Below are positions 36,191 through 50,100 of a stretch of 64,000 nt of DNA, one piece after another (the first letter of the stretch is position 1; each line of letters opens with the position of its first letter). The DNA lies in assembly GCA_963924565.1 (NCBI GenBank), contig OZ004611.1:17980001-18044000 (forward strand), written 5' to 3'. Source of the DNA: Ascidiella aspersa. Its lineage: Eukaryota. A program made the position numbers and the translations under genes. The notes beneath the pieces are model-generated. The model saw only the letters and a program-made list of their open reading frames with translations. It did not search any database and was not told where the DNA came from.

Positions 36191-39100
36191 CTCCTACAAA
36201 CAGACCAACAAGAATGTTTTTTGTGACAACATTAAACAGCAATTGTTCTCATGCAAGTACAGACATTTTATAAGTTTATCATTAAAATATTATGAAGAAA
36301 AGCATTGATTGTGACAAAGAGAATAGATTGTTTTCAGTTCATTCGGTGTCAAGAAGAGAAAAATACAGCAAAATATATTTCAACATCGACAAGAATAATA
36401 TTTTTTTAAATAACCTAATTAACACGTACTACCGAAAATACGAGCATTCATTTCCACGACACAACTTTTGGGTCATGAAAAAACATCATTTCAGCTTTCT
36501 TGCGTCGTCTGTTGTGTTGGTAACGGGGGCCTCGGGTTTGCTTATTTAAGGCGTTGCCCTTTAGAAAGCAATCTGACCGTAACCATCGTGCGCCCGCTGC
36601 ATAGGGAAAAGGGTTTAACCGAGAGGAAATCATAAATTATTTCTAGGGTCTTACTTATTTTATTTCTGTACCACTTTGCCTTGAAAGTCACGCAAAATTC
36701 ATGTATAGACTTTCTTTATCTACCATTTGAACAAATACTGTAAGAGAGCTGTCGATGTCAATGTTCTTGCATGGCACATAAAAAAAAAAATTTCACGGCA
36801 ATTTTGCCAATATATGCGCCTTGGTGGTCGTACACAAGAGAGGCGCGGACTTATTAGCTCGCGACATGCGACAAACCTTGTAATCCGCTTGTAATCTCGG
36901 CCAAACAAAAAATATTTCTGCGGACCAAAAGCTTATGCTTGGCAACTTGGCCGAAAAATCGATAGACGTAGACAGCACCCAATCAAATCTTTTGTCCGTT
37001 GTAAAGCCACAATAGAAGCGCCTTGGCCAATTTATTTTATGACAATGGCTTAATCTTACCCCGGGAGCTGCAGTACCTTCCCAGGGTGCAGTTGGGTTCC
37101 TAAATAGGATTTCAGACAATAAGGCAGGAGAATGTGTATTTGAGTGTCGTTGATGGGATTGCAAGAAGGATTCCCCTGGCAAAAAACAAGGTGATTAAAT
37201 TGCTTTAGATTTGAAAAAGCCCGATTTCATTGATTATACCACGTACGTCGAGGTTTCGGGTAACATTTCGGTTAAATTAAATTTTGGTTTGTGTTGTAGA
37301 TAGCCATGTATTTAGTGGAAAAAAACTTTATAATCCAATCCAAGAAGAAACCTATTTTGTGTTATTTTTGTTGCAGCGTAGGTATAACAAGCGTGTTTGA
37401 CTTGTATTCTTACATTGTGCAAAGCTTAACTTTTCGATATTCAGAGGCACTGATTATCACAGCAGCACCGGGAAGTTTGAGCTAAGAGGGCTTGATATTA
37501 CGATCGCACGAGCTTGGAACGACCAAGCCAGTACTCAGAGCGCATTTGAGTGGATGTAAGTGCATGCTATAGCTTGGCGGTTTAGCGATTTTTAGATTTC
37601 CATACGGTGCCCGACACTGGCTTCGTGTGCCTATGCGCGGGCTTTGTGCTACTTACCCGATCTTAACATCTTCGCTCTGGAAAACGCAGTGCTCGGCCAC
37701 TTTCCGATACGCTTTTCCCCCTGGAGGGTGGGGGTGGGCTCGTCGGCGAATCGGAAAAGTGGCTCTTCGACTTGTTTTTTCGTCTCATCTCGACAGGCGG
37801 CAAGTGGCGCTAAGCGAATTAGTAGTGGTCACAACATTTAACGAACATCACCTTCGAGCGAATGAACTAGTAAAATTAAATCGGTTTAACAAACGAATTT
37901 TACCTATAATTAACCTACTACTATATTTCACTTTTAAAACATGATACAATTGTTAAGTTAATTTCTTTTTGGCACACCGAGCACTTTATTAAATTAACTT
38001 TTGGAAATTTAGACGATACATTTCTTACCTTACCGAAAAAAGGTGTGTGTTTTAATATGATTTCTTAATAGATACAACCTCAAGGAAAATCGTAAGGTCA
38101 ATAATAATTTATTCTCAAAGCAGCGTGTATAAAAACGCTGAAGATAGCATTTTATTTCTACCCATGCACTCGCTCCCCAGAGGGTGATTAAGTGTGGTGT
38201 ATTTGTTTCTCTCCCACAGTTGCATTCGTAGATATTTCTCTACGCTGATGTGTTTACGCTCATTGAATTTCCGGGGCGTGGGATCAACGAGCGGTGTGTG
38301 TGTAACGAGGCGTGACCACGTTAATCATGTGCCACATCAGAATACCAACCAAGAAAATGCAGCAACAAACCCTTCGTTGATGTGGAGTGGCGAAAGTCTT
38401 AAAGAATATTAAATATGGGTACCATTTCTTGCAATCATATTCATATGTAACAAGTTGTTTATACCACGACGTGACTCTAAAACGTCCGTAAAATAGTTTA
38501 TTGTTTGATTCTCCCACAGACGATTGTTTTATGTTTTACATAAAAAAACAAGTTTTCTCTATTAAACCATAGTTTTCGCCATAGCCGAGAAACCATTTTT
38601 CTAGATATTCAAATCATATCACAATATGTACATTAAAATATCGAAAATAGTTAAATAAATAAAATATGTAAAGCAGCAATTTATTTTTGCTTTGCAAATG
38701 AACTGTTTCCGTGACAATCACATCGTATAGGTTTTAAAATATGAAGGAGTTTAAACTATATTATATCCAAGATTATTCTGCCATGTACATTATACAGTTG
38801 CGACAAAAATTTGTATGGCAAATTCGTTCATTATATGGACCGAAAATTTACATTCATGAAATATCTTGGTTTTCAAACATCTTGGAGGGTTGCTAAGTTT
38901 ATATCGTTTTATTTGCTTCGTTTCGCTAAACGACGAAGGCTAAACTTTAAGGTATCCAACACCGATACAATTTTCACGCGATATGACAAGAAAAACGTTT
39001 CACACGGTAAACTCTAGTCGACCGAGGTTTAGTCATGCGCGACGATATCCATGCGTCATAAAATGGCCGCGTGTGACAATCAGACTTGATAACTAGTTTG

Positions 39101-42100
39101 GGGGATTCACTTGGGTAAAGACAGCGGTGGGACCGGTGTGGGTTTCCCATGGGGTTAAAATGCAATGAGCACAAGTGGGCCCAAGCCCGGTGAGAAACGG
39201 GGTCGCGTTTCACCCCACTGAATGTCTTGACGACGAGTTTTAACTTTTGGGTTAATATAATAGTTTTTCAACAGACATCGATGAGGTACCTAAACGGGAG
39301 TAATAGGGGTAGGGGTGGGAAGTGTCTTCCGGCAAATAAATTCTGTTTTTTTTACTCCAAAGTACTACCTCATTTTACTCCAAAATACGACCAAGACCTG
39401 CGAAATCACTTGTGTTTACCAAAATTTATCAGGTGTCTATAGGTAAGATTTTTAATAAGGAAAAAGGGGTTAATAAATTGGCAACATAATATTGAAATGG
39501 TTGGCATATGAGCAGAAATGGAAATCGTTGTTACAAGTATGGGTGTGAATAAACATTGAGAGTGTCTCGGTTCGTTACCCTTGGTACCGCCCTTTCCTCG
39601 GGAAGTGCTTCATAAAATCGTCCAAAAAGTACATTCTCACTTTTAATGTGTCGTAACAAGAGTGCTGGGATGGGGATAATGACTGGGGCGCCTCGGGGGC
39701 CTTTTTGCAGGGGCGTATCGACCCCACTTAAGTCCCAGTGACGTGTAACCACTGGCCGGGGTAAAAATAAGTTGCTCGCGTGTAGTGCCCCCCCTGGTCA
39801 TGCCCGGTTTCGCGTCGTAGCGACATTTGTGTCGCAGTAAAAGTGCTCTAAAAGCAAACCTTCTGCAAGTAACCTTTCTGCACTTCGCACGATGTTTCGG
39901 CTGGAAATGCGAACCCAGTGATGCAAGGCAGCGCGGTCAACATAAGTTTCCGTCTTCCGCTGTTGCTTTCCCGACAACCGCCAACGATATACAGCTAAAG
40001 AATATTAAAGCAAACGCCACAGCTAAAAAATATTAAAGCAAATATTGGAAGCCATATATAAGAGAAACGTTTACTTCTTACCAAAACAAGTACAAAAACA
40101 AGCACATACATAATAATCTAAGTTAGTAGCTGTATTAAAGAAAAAAATTAGGGTTTAAATTTATTTTAAATCATTCAACATACAAATAAATATATAATAC
40201 TTGTTTACCGTAGCTAAAAGACCTAAAGGTAGACGCTGCTATAAGATTTTTATATGGCAAAATTGCTTTTACATACCGTTCTTTATAAGGTCGCGATAAT
40301 TGGTTCTCTAAAAAAATGTCCAATCTAATTTAATTTTCATAATAACTGATAGTGATAGGAATACAGTAAAATAAAATAATATCCTTATCACGATATGTCA
40401 TGGTATTACAACAGTAACAGTAAAACAAACTTCAATCAACGATAGTAAAATTCAAACAGCTGTGTGGGCGTATTAGGGTACACGCGTTGTCGTCCCACCA
40501 CCACCCCCTTGGGTAATTTGATACCACACAACTTCGACCATCCAGAAAGCCTCAGCTCCTGTACAAAACCCAAGGTCATCGTTTCGAAAGCGAATCTCTG
40601 AGCATACGTCATGACTCTTTGTATCCCTGTCGCGTGTCTCTTCTTAGGCGCATTAGAGGGGATAATGACTGCGAAATGACTATCGAGGAATTAAAGAAGA
40701 CAATGGGTAGCCGCAAAAAACGGCATTCTGTGAAAGAACTTTTTTTTTATGTTTCCTGGATTTATGTACCCAGGAAATCATATCAACAATTTTGTAAATT
40801 TGCACACAACTACAAAAATGATCGAACTTGAAAAAGGCTTTCCTGTTTCATAAACAACATAGCGAGGCCGCTGATTAAAGAGAGGTGCAAATCAAATCAG
40901 AAAAAACCCGGGGCTGATAATATGTGGGTTTCATAGCGAATTAAAAAAAATTAAAGTAAATTTGGTGTCTATATGGAAAAAAGTGTTCCACGGAACTCGA
41001 ATGGAAATAACGCAGAGGCGAAGATTGACGGGTTCCCGTAGAAAAGATGGAAGGCAGGGCTGTGATCACTCGAGCGTGACGATTCGAGGGATGGGAGGAA
41101 ATGCGTTGCAATTGGAGCGAAGAGCGCGTAAGAAAAACACACAACTTCTCGATTCGGTAAACATATAATGAAGATTGGGTGACTCGGGCGGCGTGAAATC
41201 GTTAAAGGAATAGTAATACTTCAGTCCATTTCATTTCACATTCTGTGCTTTCAGAAAAAAAAACAGCTGCGAACAACAAACTGTATTTGCATCAACATTT
41301 CGAAAACTTAACAGCCAATATTATTAGGCAGCCTTTTTATTGCACAATACATTTCCCATGAACCAAAATATCACGAAACGCTGAGATGGCAAGCAATTGC
41401 TCCCCAAGGGACGTTCGCGCAAAAAAGAGCTTTCTCTCCCAGCAGGGGTCGAATCCAGCGCAAAACGCGACGAACGCAACGGCATGTAGCAGGCAATTGA
41501 GACAACACACTTTATTGCATCTCTCTTCCTGCAAAATGACTAAACTTGGCGAATAACTGTTCGATTTAAACTGCCAACCACCCTTTGGAGATATACCAGT
41601 CACCCACCCCAAGTTAGGACAGTGCAGAAATGTTACAAAAAATATGATAGAAAAGCAAAGCACAGTTGATGTGGAATTAATTGATAACGAGATCTGCATA
41701 GCTTTGAGTTTTGCAACGAAATAGAATATTATTTGAAGAAAAGAAGAAAGTGCGAACAATATAAAAAAATATGCGCTTTTAGTGTCTATTTGTCATACAA
41801 ATTCAGGCGACACGGTCGTACTGACATATTTGAATGTTTAGTGTGTTTTAAAGTGACTCGGAAACGGCAAGAATACAAACCACATTGAAACATACCACAC
41901 ACATATATGTGGGTGAAGTAAAACAAAACCACCGTTTAATTGCCTCCAACAGAAAGTCATTTAAATGAATCGCCAGTAATTTAATATTGCTGGTAGACGA
42001 CACATCAGAAACCAATATGCCAACGAACACTTTAACCTATTGGCTTTGTTATAGCAAGCGTGTGTCATCGTATGATTCAAACCATTTCTAATGTCATTCG

Positions 42101-44158
42101 AGTTGATTTTGGTTCTTATTTTAATTGATAGTGCTGACAAGGGTTTACAATGGGCGAAATATGAAATGTGGTACTTCCATACGCTATCTAGCAAATTCTG
42201 AAAAAACAAGCGAATCGGAAACGATTATGAGGTATCATACTTACGTAATGACAAAAACCCACAAAATATCGAGTTATTTCCGAAAGGATACCAATCCAAA
42301 AAATATTTTTAAAATTCAAATAAGAAGACTATTGGCAATTAAAAAAAGTTAACACGGTACCTGTATTCTCACGAGTCACACTGAAACCTAATACAGACCC
42401 AATATCGTCACATTGCAACGAATAAAATCGCATTGCATTCACATTATTCACCATTGGAGGAAAATGGTTGCAAGGGAACCATATAAAGACAGCGTGACTT
42501 TAAAGTCTAAACAAACCCGGGGGGTCAGACAGACAAGCACCCAACCCTATAACGTCCCACACACTGGGTGATATTCTCCTTATGTGCTCAAGTGGTCGTG
42601 CCCAACTGTTCCTATAACCACGACACATACTCGCGTGCTTAAAATGGAAACGCCAGAAAACATTAAACTTCAGTTTACTTTTCATATGGTCGATTATGTA
42701 AAAGCTCGACAAATACACAAAAATGTAAAGCAACCAAGTCTACTAATTTTTTTAAATATAGTCCATAATTTTCTTTATTTAATTAATGCAACACTTAGTA
42801 GGACAATAAAAACAAAATCGGTCTAAGATAAATTCCATCTTAATATTTTAAACAAGTTTACTAATTTTGTTACAATTCGCAAAAAAACTCCCAGCGACTT
42901 TTTTGTTGCCATTCAAAAGGGTTAAGTGTGGCCAGCAGTCTGCCACGCTTTCCCGTCGCTGCTGTTGACACATAAACGTATCAAGTTTCTCCCGTTATCA
43001 CTGCACCATGTTCATCAGGTGTGTGGGAAAATTCTACAGATCGCTTCGCAGAGTATTGTGATCCAACTCGATTTTTGCCGCAGATACCATCGCATTCCGC
43101 GAATGGCCCGTGTTGATTTTGTTAGAGAAATTTAATTGGTTTAAGAATAATTTTCTTCTCTAAAAATGATGAGATAAATATATTTGCCTATCGATTATAA
43201 GTTTTTGTCGGAAGAACCTACAACACATAATTCGTTAAAATATACATCAGGTTGGCTCTCAAAAGAAAAGTGTAAGATAACTAAAGTAAGTGGTGAGCAT
43301 TTGAATATATACATATAAGTATAATTGGGTTGGTAATTTGATGATAAGAAAACATAAACCGGGAAACCAATATAATTGTGCATGCACACACGGGTTTACC
43401 CAAAAGTGTAAATTATAAAATCGCAACCAGACCAAGTTTTCTCTTTTAAAAGAATACGGTGTTTCATTTCTTTGTAGCGGCGTTAAACGCAGCTTGTCTT
43501 TGTCCATGTTATTATTGGATGCATTTTATTTATTTATTTTAGATTTTTAATATTTTAATATTCTTTAATATTTATTTGTAGGGATAAACTGATGACCCAT
43601 TTATTTATATGGCAAAATGCATATTCATAAAAACACTTTTAAACCTTGTTGACTGATTTTTGTTCCAAGCAGTGCGCTTCTCAAGCTATGAGAATCTGTA
43701 TTGGCATGATTATTTTAATTTGTGTTCATATGTGTTTAAGGAATATTACCCATTTCAGAACTTGTGTCACAATTTATGCGGACGACGAGGTCCAACTTGA
43801 ATAAATAACCCATGTTTTGAGTAGAAACAAAAGAGCAATATATTTGGATAGTTGGATGAATAGATCTTTGTTCAGCTGACGATTAAAACAATCCACAAAT
43901 GCCGGGCGTGGAGGTCTTTTAGCAGAATTAGCGACGTGATCTCGGTAGTAAAGTACGTGTTTCGCTTAGGCGATATAACAGTGCTCGTAAAGCGCAGCGG
44001 TAAACCCTTTGAAGTCACAAATGAGTGATTTCCTTTGGCGATAAACGTTACGATCGACTGTTTTATTGGCGACCGTACTAGACATGGGAATTCTGCATTC
44101 CTGGTCGTAAAAAGCAACAGACGATGCATGTTCAACGACACTGATGGATAATGTAAAC

Positions 44159-45178
44159 CAGTGGTTTTTAACCTGTGGTACACGTACCACTAGCCTATAG
44201 CAGTGAACGAAGCTTTTCTTGGTGTCATTCTACATTTGTCATAATATTTCAGGGAGTGGAACTGTTGTTTCTGGTTAAGGTTTAGTTCCTTTTCAGAATC
44301 CGGTTAAGTTCTAGCTTCGGTTCGGAGCAATTTAAAAGTTCCGTTCAAGCTCCGGCTCGACCTACCTTGTTAAACAACCGGTTCAGAAAGTTCCATAAAA
44401 GTAACTGGCGTTAAACCAAAACTGTAGGTCAAAAAAGTAAAAATATAATTATAACTTGCTTAATCTATGTTCAATTAAGTATTAAACAAACAATCAGCCC
44501 AGTTCTCTGAACAATAAACGAGCAACGTTTATTTGAATAAACATGTTTTTTATTATTTTTCATGCTGCTACAGCGCATATTACATTTTTTCATTGACAGG
44601 ACATATATGGTTTATCTACTTTTTTAAAGTTATCTCTTGTAAAGACATTTTATTACTTTTTTATCACAAATATTCCATAACTGACTATGGAATGATAAAA
44701 ATCAAGTCAAGGAATCAAAGTTAAGTTGTCCAGAGATTTTTTTTATATATTTATCGCCAAACCGGCTCGTTGAAATCTCACTGTTCAGGTTAGGTTACCC
44801 CAAGCTGTTCATAAAGATCCGGTTCGGTTTTGGTTCCACTTCCTGTATTAAATCGATCTTTGTAAGCCAGAACGAAATTTTCTTTCTTAAAAGTATCTGA
44901 CTCCAACTGAAGAGTGAAAAACAAACGACTCTGGTTGCACAACAATTGATAAAGATCGAACGAAGTACGAAACTTAAAAAATCGAAAATCAACTTGTTTT
45001 TATGTTCCTTAATAAATATTGTTTACTCCTAAATGCAACAACGGTTTCTTATTCAAATAGATACTGTTTCTATTTGTTGAGTAAATATATGTATGATGAA
45101 ACCATAGTAAAATACGCAGTGAAAGTAGTGACAAATAAAAGTCACGTGGTTCTAGCGACAAAAAGTTGGGAACCACTG
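44159..45178. mobile_element. hAT-type MITE with a nested second element (~44250-44845)
   Basis: Termini CAGTGGTTTTTAACCT and AGTTGGGAACCACTG; TSD ATGTAAAC/ATTTAAAC (7/8). The inner element is bounded by CAGGGAGTGGAAC / GTTCCACTTCCTG and carries (c)cggtt(c) repeats. Confidence 0.75.
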
Positions 45179-46683
45179 ATTTAAACCATTCAGGCACCAT
45201 TCCTTAATGTTATATTTTACATGCAAAAGAGAGTTTCCTAGAAAATGAAAATAACTGTTCATTGACATAGGATAGTCTGTAAGATTTAGTTCGTAGGCCT
45301 TAGGATGTCGCAGAATTAGTTGTGGAATTTTTCCCAAAAATGTACGACACCAGAATAACACATAGCATTAATATTTATTAGGTTCGCGTGCTATCGAAGT
45401 GTCGATTTTATGTGCCTACGCTTCGTATCTAATGTACCGACCTACAATTAGTCGAAATGAGGTTTTATCCTGTGTTTGTCGGGCGTAGCAAATTGCCAAC
45501 CGGGTGCCCAGTTGCCCGTGCCAATCGTAACGGACAACAACGATTTGCCATAAATGTTTAATAGCATTTAGATCGGAGCTTAAAATTACTGTTTCATGAA
45601 TTACTATAATGGTCGGTCTGCATGGATATGTGTCGTGTGCCGTATCGTATAGGTACTTAAAAAGCCGATATTCTAGCGGCGTCTTAATTTTATTTTATGT
45701 AAGTGCATGGTAACCAAAATTTTACTACTTTATTCTGTATGGTGTAAATAAAGTTGTTGTATGAAAAAAAAAATAAAGTTTGTTTAGTTTCTCTATTTAA
45801 GCAATATATTTGATTGCACAGTTGGAAAATAATACACGTTGATCTACAGGCCATTAACATTGTAAGTAATCATGAAAGCAAGTGTTTTTATTAGCAATAC
45901 TCTAGGTTGTACTTACCCTTCATAACAAGTTACTTTCGTTAAACCAACTGAAAAAATGCCACGGTCAATGACGTTGGCCGTACAATCTCGCTCCGGATAA
46001 CCTTCCCTTTGCCACACGAAGGTTTCCAGGATGCGACAGCCGACAGGGCATAAGGCGGAAACAGAGTGTGGCGCTTTGATCCGCGATAAATATTAATAAA
46101 GGGATTTCCCGTTTCCAAGTGAAATGCAATTAGTAGTTGTTCATTTGAAATAGCGAGGCGGCGTACATCTTTATTCTTCGCTCCTTAGCCACGTTTAGTC
46201 GCAATTGCAACAATCATAAGATTAGCTGCTGGCTTGACCGGTGCCATTTAGCAAGCCTCATTACATATTTATCAGACCTCGAACAGCGCTGTTTTTATCT
46301 GCCTCTGACCGAAGAGAATTTGATACAAGCGGAGTTTCAAATACTAGATGGTCTGCTATTATCAAGTTGATTGGTCAAGTGGTCACGCAAGTTTGATTCA
46401 ACGGAAAAGAAGGTTGCTGATCATTTTCCCCGAATAAATAGTTATAAACAGTGTAAAAATCATTCGATTTGTCTCCTTTTTCTAATATTAATTTTACCCT
46501 TACAAGTTACACTACTTTTAAATAACTTTTTTTAATTTTTTGAGTAAAAAGAAGATAATTTTGTTTCAATGTTAGCAGTTAATCAAAATTTGCTGTAAAA
46601 TCAAAAATTTTAAGTATTCAAAGCAAGTGGCTTATTATATGTTGTATGCTGAATATCCCAAGATACACGAATCCATTATATAG

Positions 46684-46706
46684 TTTTTTTTTTTTTTTTT
46701 TTTTTT
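46684..46706. repeat. Poly(T) tract
   Basis: About 23 consecutive T. Confidence 0.85.
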
Positions 46707-47022
46707 ACGTTGCGATTAAGTCGCTTAAATTGTGACGTATTGTGGGCAGTATTTCTGACCAAGAGTGCGATTTTTAGAATCTCTTCCCAGCTATATATGA
46801 CCGAAATAAAACGGTCGAATCATGTTTTCCAACCGTTATGCTGGCGTGAGCGTGTCGACGTAAATGGGCGAGATACTATGCCTGACGTAATGTGAAATAT
46901 GTGCGCAACTACCTCTGATATAGATCCAAAAATACGGACAAACTAACAACACCAAAACACCAAAACTAAGGAAAAAGTGGAAAATATGACAGATTGTAAA
47001 AATTATTACATTTGTATAAAAG

Positions 47023-47130
47023 TAGGGCTACCATACGTCCTCATTTAAGAGGCCTTGTATTCTTTTAAAAGAAAAATGAATGGTTTTCCCCAGAACACTG
47101 AAAACACCCAAATGTCCTCCTTTTATATTG
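47023..47130. mobile_element. Terminal fragment of the same GAGGACA MITE family
   Basis: About 100 bp colinear with the reverse complement of 9214-9313. Confidence 0.6.
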
Positions 47131-50100
47131 CCCTTTTTGCTTATCTTTTTAAAATTATTTTATTTTCATGTGACGTTTCAGTATGATAGATCTATATTTA
47201 AGTCAACTAATTTTTCAGCGATAAAATGAGTTGTAATCATTTTGTTGTCAATGATTCATTTTTTTTTAATAAAATGTAAACAATATACACATTTAATCCA
47301 CGTGGTTTGTCTTTGTTTTCGTGCTGCGATTTGATCACGTTCTTTGCTAAACCTTTATAAATGGCGATTTCTAAAAGTACGCAAAAATCACGTTATACTG
47401 CTCAAATGGTTTGGTGATGGATCGCTTTTGGCGGTTGTATAATTTGCGCATAGTCTCCATGGAGATGCAAAAGGTCGGGAAACTGGCCGCAAACATGTTT
47501 TTAGAAGAGTAGATACAATATTCTGAATTTTCGTACTGCACTACACCAAAGCATGACATACTATACAAGTTAAGCGTTCATTAAGCAGGTGGCTGTAGAG
47601 GTTCACCCCGATACTCTATTGTACCTTCTAAGAGCTACTTGATTATTTACGCGGAATGTAACAATTTGTGTTTTATCTTGTAAAAAAACGAATCAAACGT
47701 CGTTCTGTTTTCGGAGGTAATGATAAAGGAACAAATCGTCAATGTCTTTAGGTGTGATAGTTCGAACGTAATTCGTCAGCTCACAGAAGAAGCACATTTT
47801 CAACTTGCCTACAGAAATAGGGATTTTGTCGGACATGGAGTTGGCATCCTGCATGACGAACGCGGATGGTTCGAGGTGCGAACGTATCCCGTATTTACCC
47901 GGGAATTAGGCGCACGCCGCATCACGTTCTTTCTCGTAAAGTATAAACAAGGAAAGCTAACGGGGAGTGGAGGTACGGATCGGAGAGTCAGTCGATGTCT
48001 TGCCAAAAAAATCCTAAGCGAAGAGAACCCAGCCCAGGCCAAATATTGATTCGGAATTAATAGATGTGACAGATTTGAAATGCGAGCTGGCGGGACGGCG
48101 ATATATCAAAGCGCCCAGCGTCGGGCGCCGTCGGCCAAGGCAAATAAGACAAACACACATCGGCACGAGAAGGTGCAGCCGCGAAACGTCGTTGGCGATA
48201 GTATTTGCCAGGCATCGGCGTTTGACCGGCTCAATACACACCTTGGCGTATTGCGACGTCTTTTTTTCCCGCTGGGGTTGGCCTTTGGGTGCGCTTCTGC
48301 TGACGTCAATGGTTGCAGTTTGCGACAGATCCGCGGAGCCTTTTGAAGGTGACGCCGACTGTTGACACAAACTTGTTCCATTCTTTCGTCGCCAAGCAAA
48401 AACGCATAAGTCCATTGACGCGCGCTGAATATGTCAACTATTTAAATGTTCATTTTCGTTTTACAACGTTTTTGGTGATATAATTGAGTATCTGGCGCGA
48501 AATTTATTTTGGAAGACAACTATTTTTCATACATTATGTGGGGCAATAAATCATTAAAACAGCTCATATTTATAAAAAAATAGTTTGATTCAAGTTCAGC
48601 TTGAGCAGAAAAATTGCCAACGACGATTTCAATGTTTGTTCAAGATAAACATTATAAAACGGTTTATGGAAGTTCATTTGCTTTAGATCGCCGTGTCTTA
48701 TATCGAAAAAAATGTATATGAGAGTCGATAAAAATAGACTGACAAAAATACCAGAGTAAGTTCGATTGGTTTTAAAGAGCTTTCTGGACTTGTGCCATTT
48801 GAAATTATTTAAATGAACCCTTTGCTCAGCATTCCATTCACAACGACCGTCGCTCTGATGAAGTCTAACGTTGAGCGAGTTAATCTCGAAAAAATAAAGC
48901 AAACAGTAAATTCCGGTCACCATGTTGAAGAAGAGAAAGTCAATTAATTGGCAACCGGATGATGTTGGTGCGACGTAATTGGTTTGCGCTAAGGCAGCAA
49001 GCAGATGTTTGCCCTCTCAGTTTGACGAGTAATCGTACAAACACTCGACTTCAAACGAAGCGAAACCGAGATTCGGAGATGTCCATATTGACTAGAGAGT
49101 GGGTGAGAGTGGTACCTAAATGTGTATGTGTGCTTGTATGAACCCTATAAAAGATGTTTGGCGAAGGTCAAAATGAGCTTTTAGCTGTTTTTCATTTAGA
49201 TTTTATACACCTGGGAATAGGAGCCAATGCTATATTAAACTACTGTATTTACCCAATAAAACCATTTTGACATTATTATGTAGTTCTTCTGTTTATATAC
49301 ATAACCCTTGATTATCACGCACAAGTGGTAAAGAATGTCACATATAGGCGATCTTCACTTTTGCTTTATAACTACGTTTACACTTGTATTAATGGGTTTG
49401 AAAATGTCTTGTTAAGGTTTTATGGGTATTTTTGTCATATGAAGAATTGCCCATAGTCCTGCTTTGTTTTAATAAAAAATAAGGTTTTTACATAACAAGA
49501 CAGACTTTTAAAGTAACCCTTACACGATTTACGTTGACGCTCTGTCTTTCTGTTGGTGCAATTATTTGCGTGTCGAAAAGTGTCGAAATTATGAGATTTG
49601 GTCGCATATAAATTGTTGACAAGCAAACATCCACTTGGCTCCCGGCGCACTTCTAACCTTACCAACCAGCCACCAATCACACTCTGCTCCAACACAGCAC
49701 CACTTCACTTCGCCACCATCAGGAAGGTCGCGACGGGTTGGCTGTTGTCAATGATTAACCAAAGAGTATGTAGGTAGGCTGGGTCGCGCGCGATCAATTT
49801 AACAGTCGTGGCGGGCGCGGGACGATCAAAAAAACGAGCGATAGCTCATTAAAATCCCGCCCCTGCGACAGGCCGGAGCGCGAGGTTTGCTTTGCCTGGG
49901 CGAAAGATCTGCACGCGCAGGCTTCGTCGCCATTTGAGCACACACTCTGTTGGATTCTGGTTGTTGGCCAAAGGTGTGTTAAAGGATTGACCGTTCTCAA
50001 TTTTGCCCGAAATTGTTGCTGTTCGCCATGCTGGATCGATTTGATCTTATAAATGAAACACTATTTATTAAAGAAATGTTTTCTTAAGACTGCTTTGTTT

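Noticed and set aside
39783-39800. CTCF-like TAGTGCCCCCCCTGGTC
   Set aside because: The G-run is longer than the CTCF core allows; it is equally compatible with Zic/PLAG-type sites or chance.
24811-40885. 13-bp identity GATTAAAGAGAGG at 24811 and 40873
   Set aside because: Matches of this length are expected by chance in 64 kb of AT-rich DNA.
47720-48415. Cluster of 77-133 aa ORFs
   Set aside because: Overlapping on both strands in a GC island, with no domain signature.
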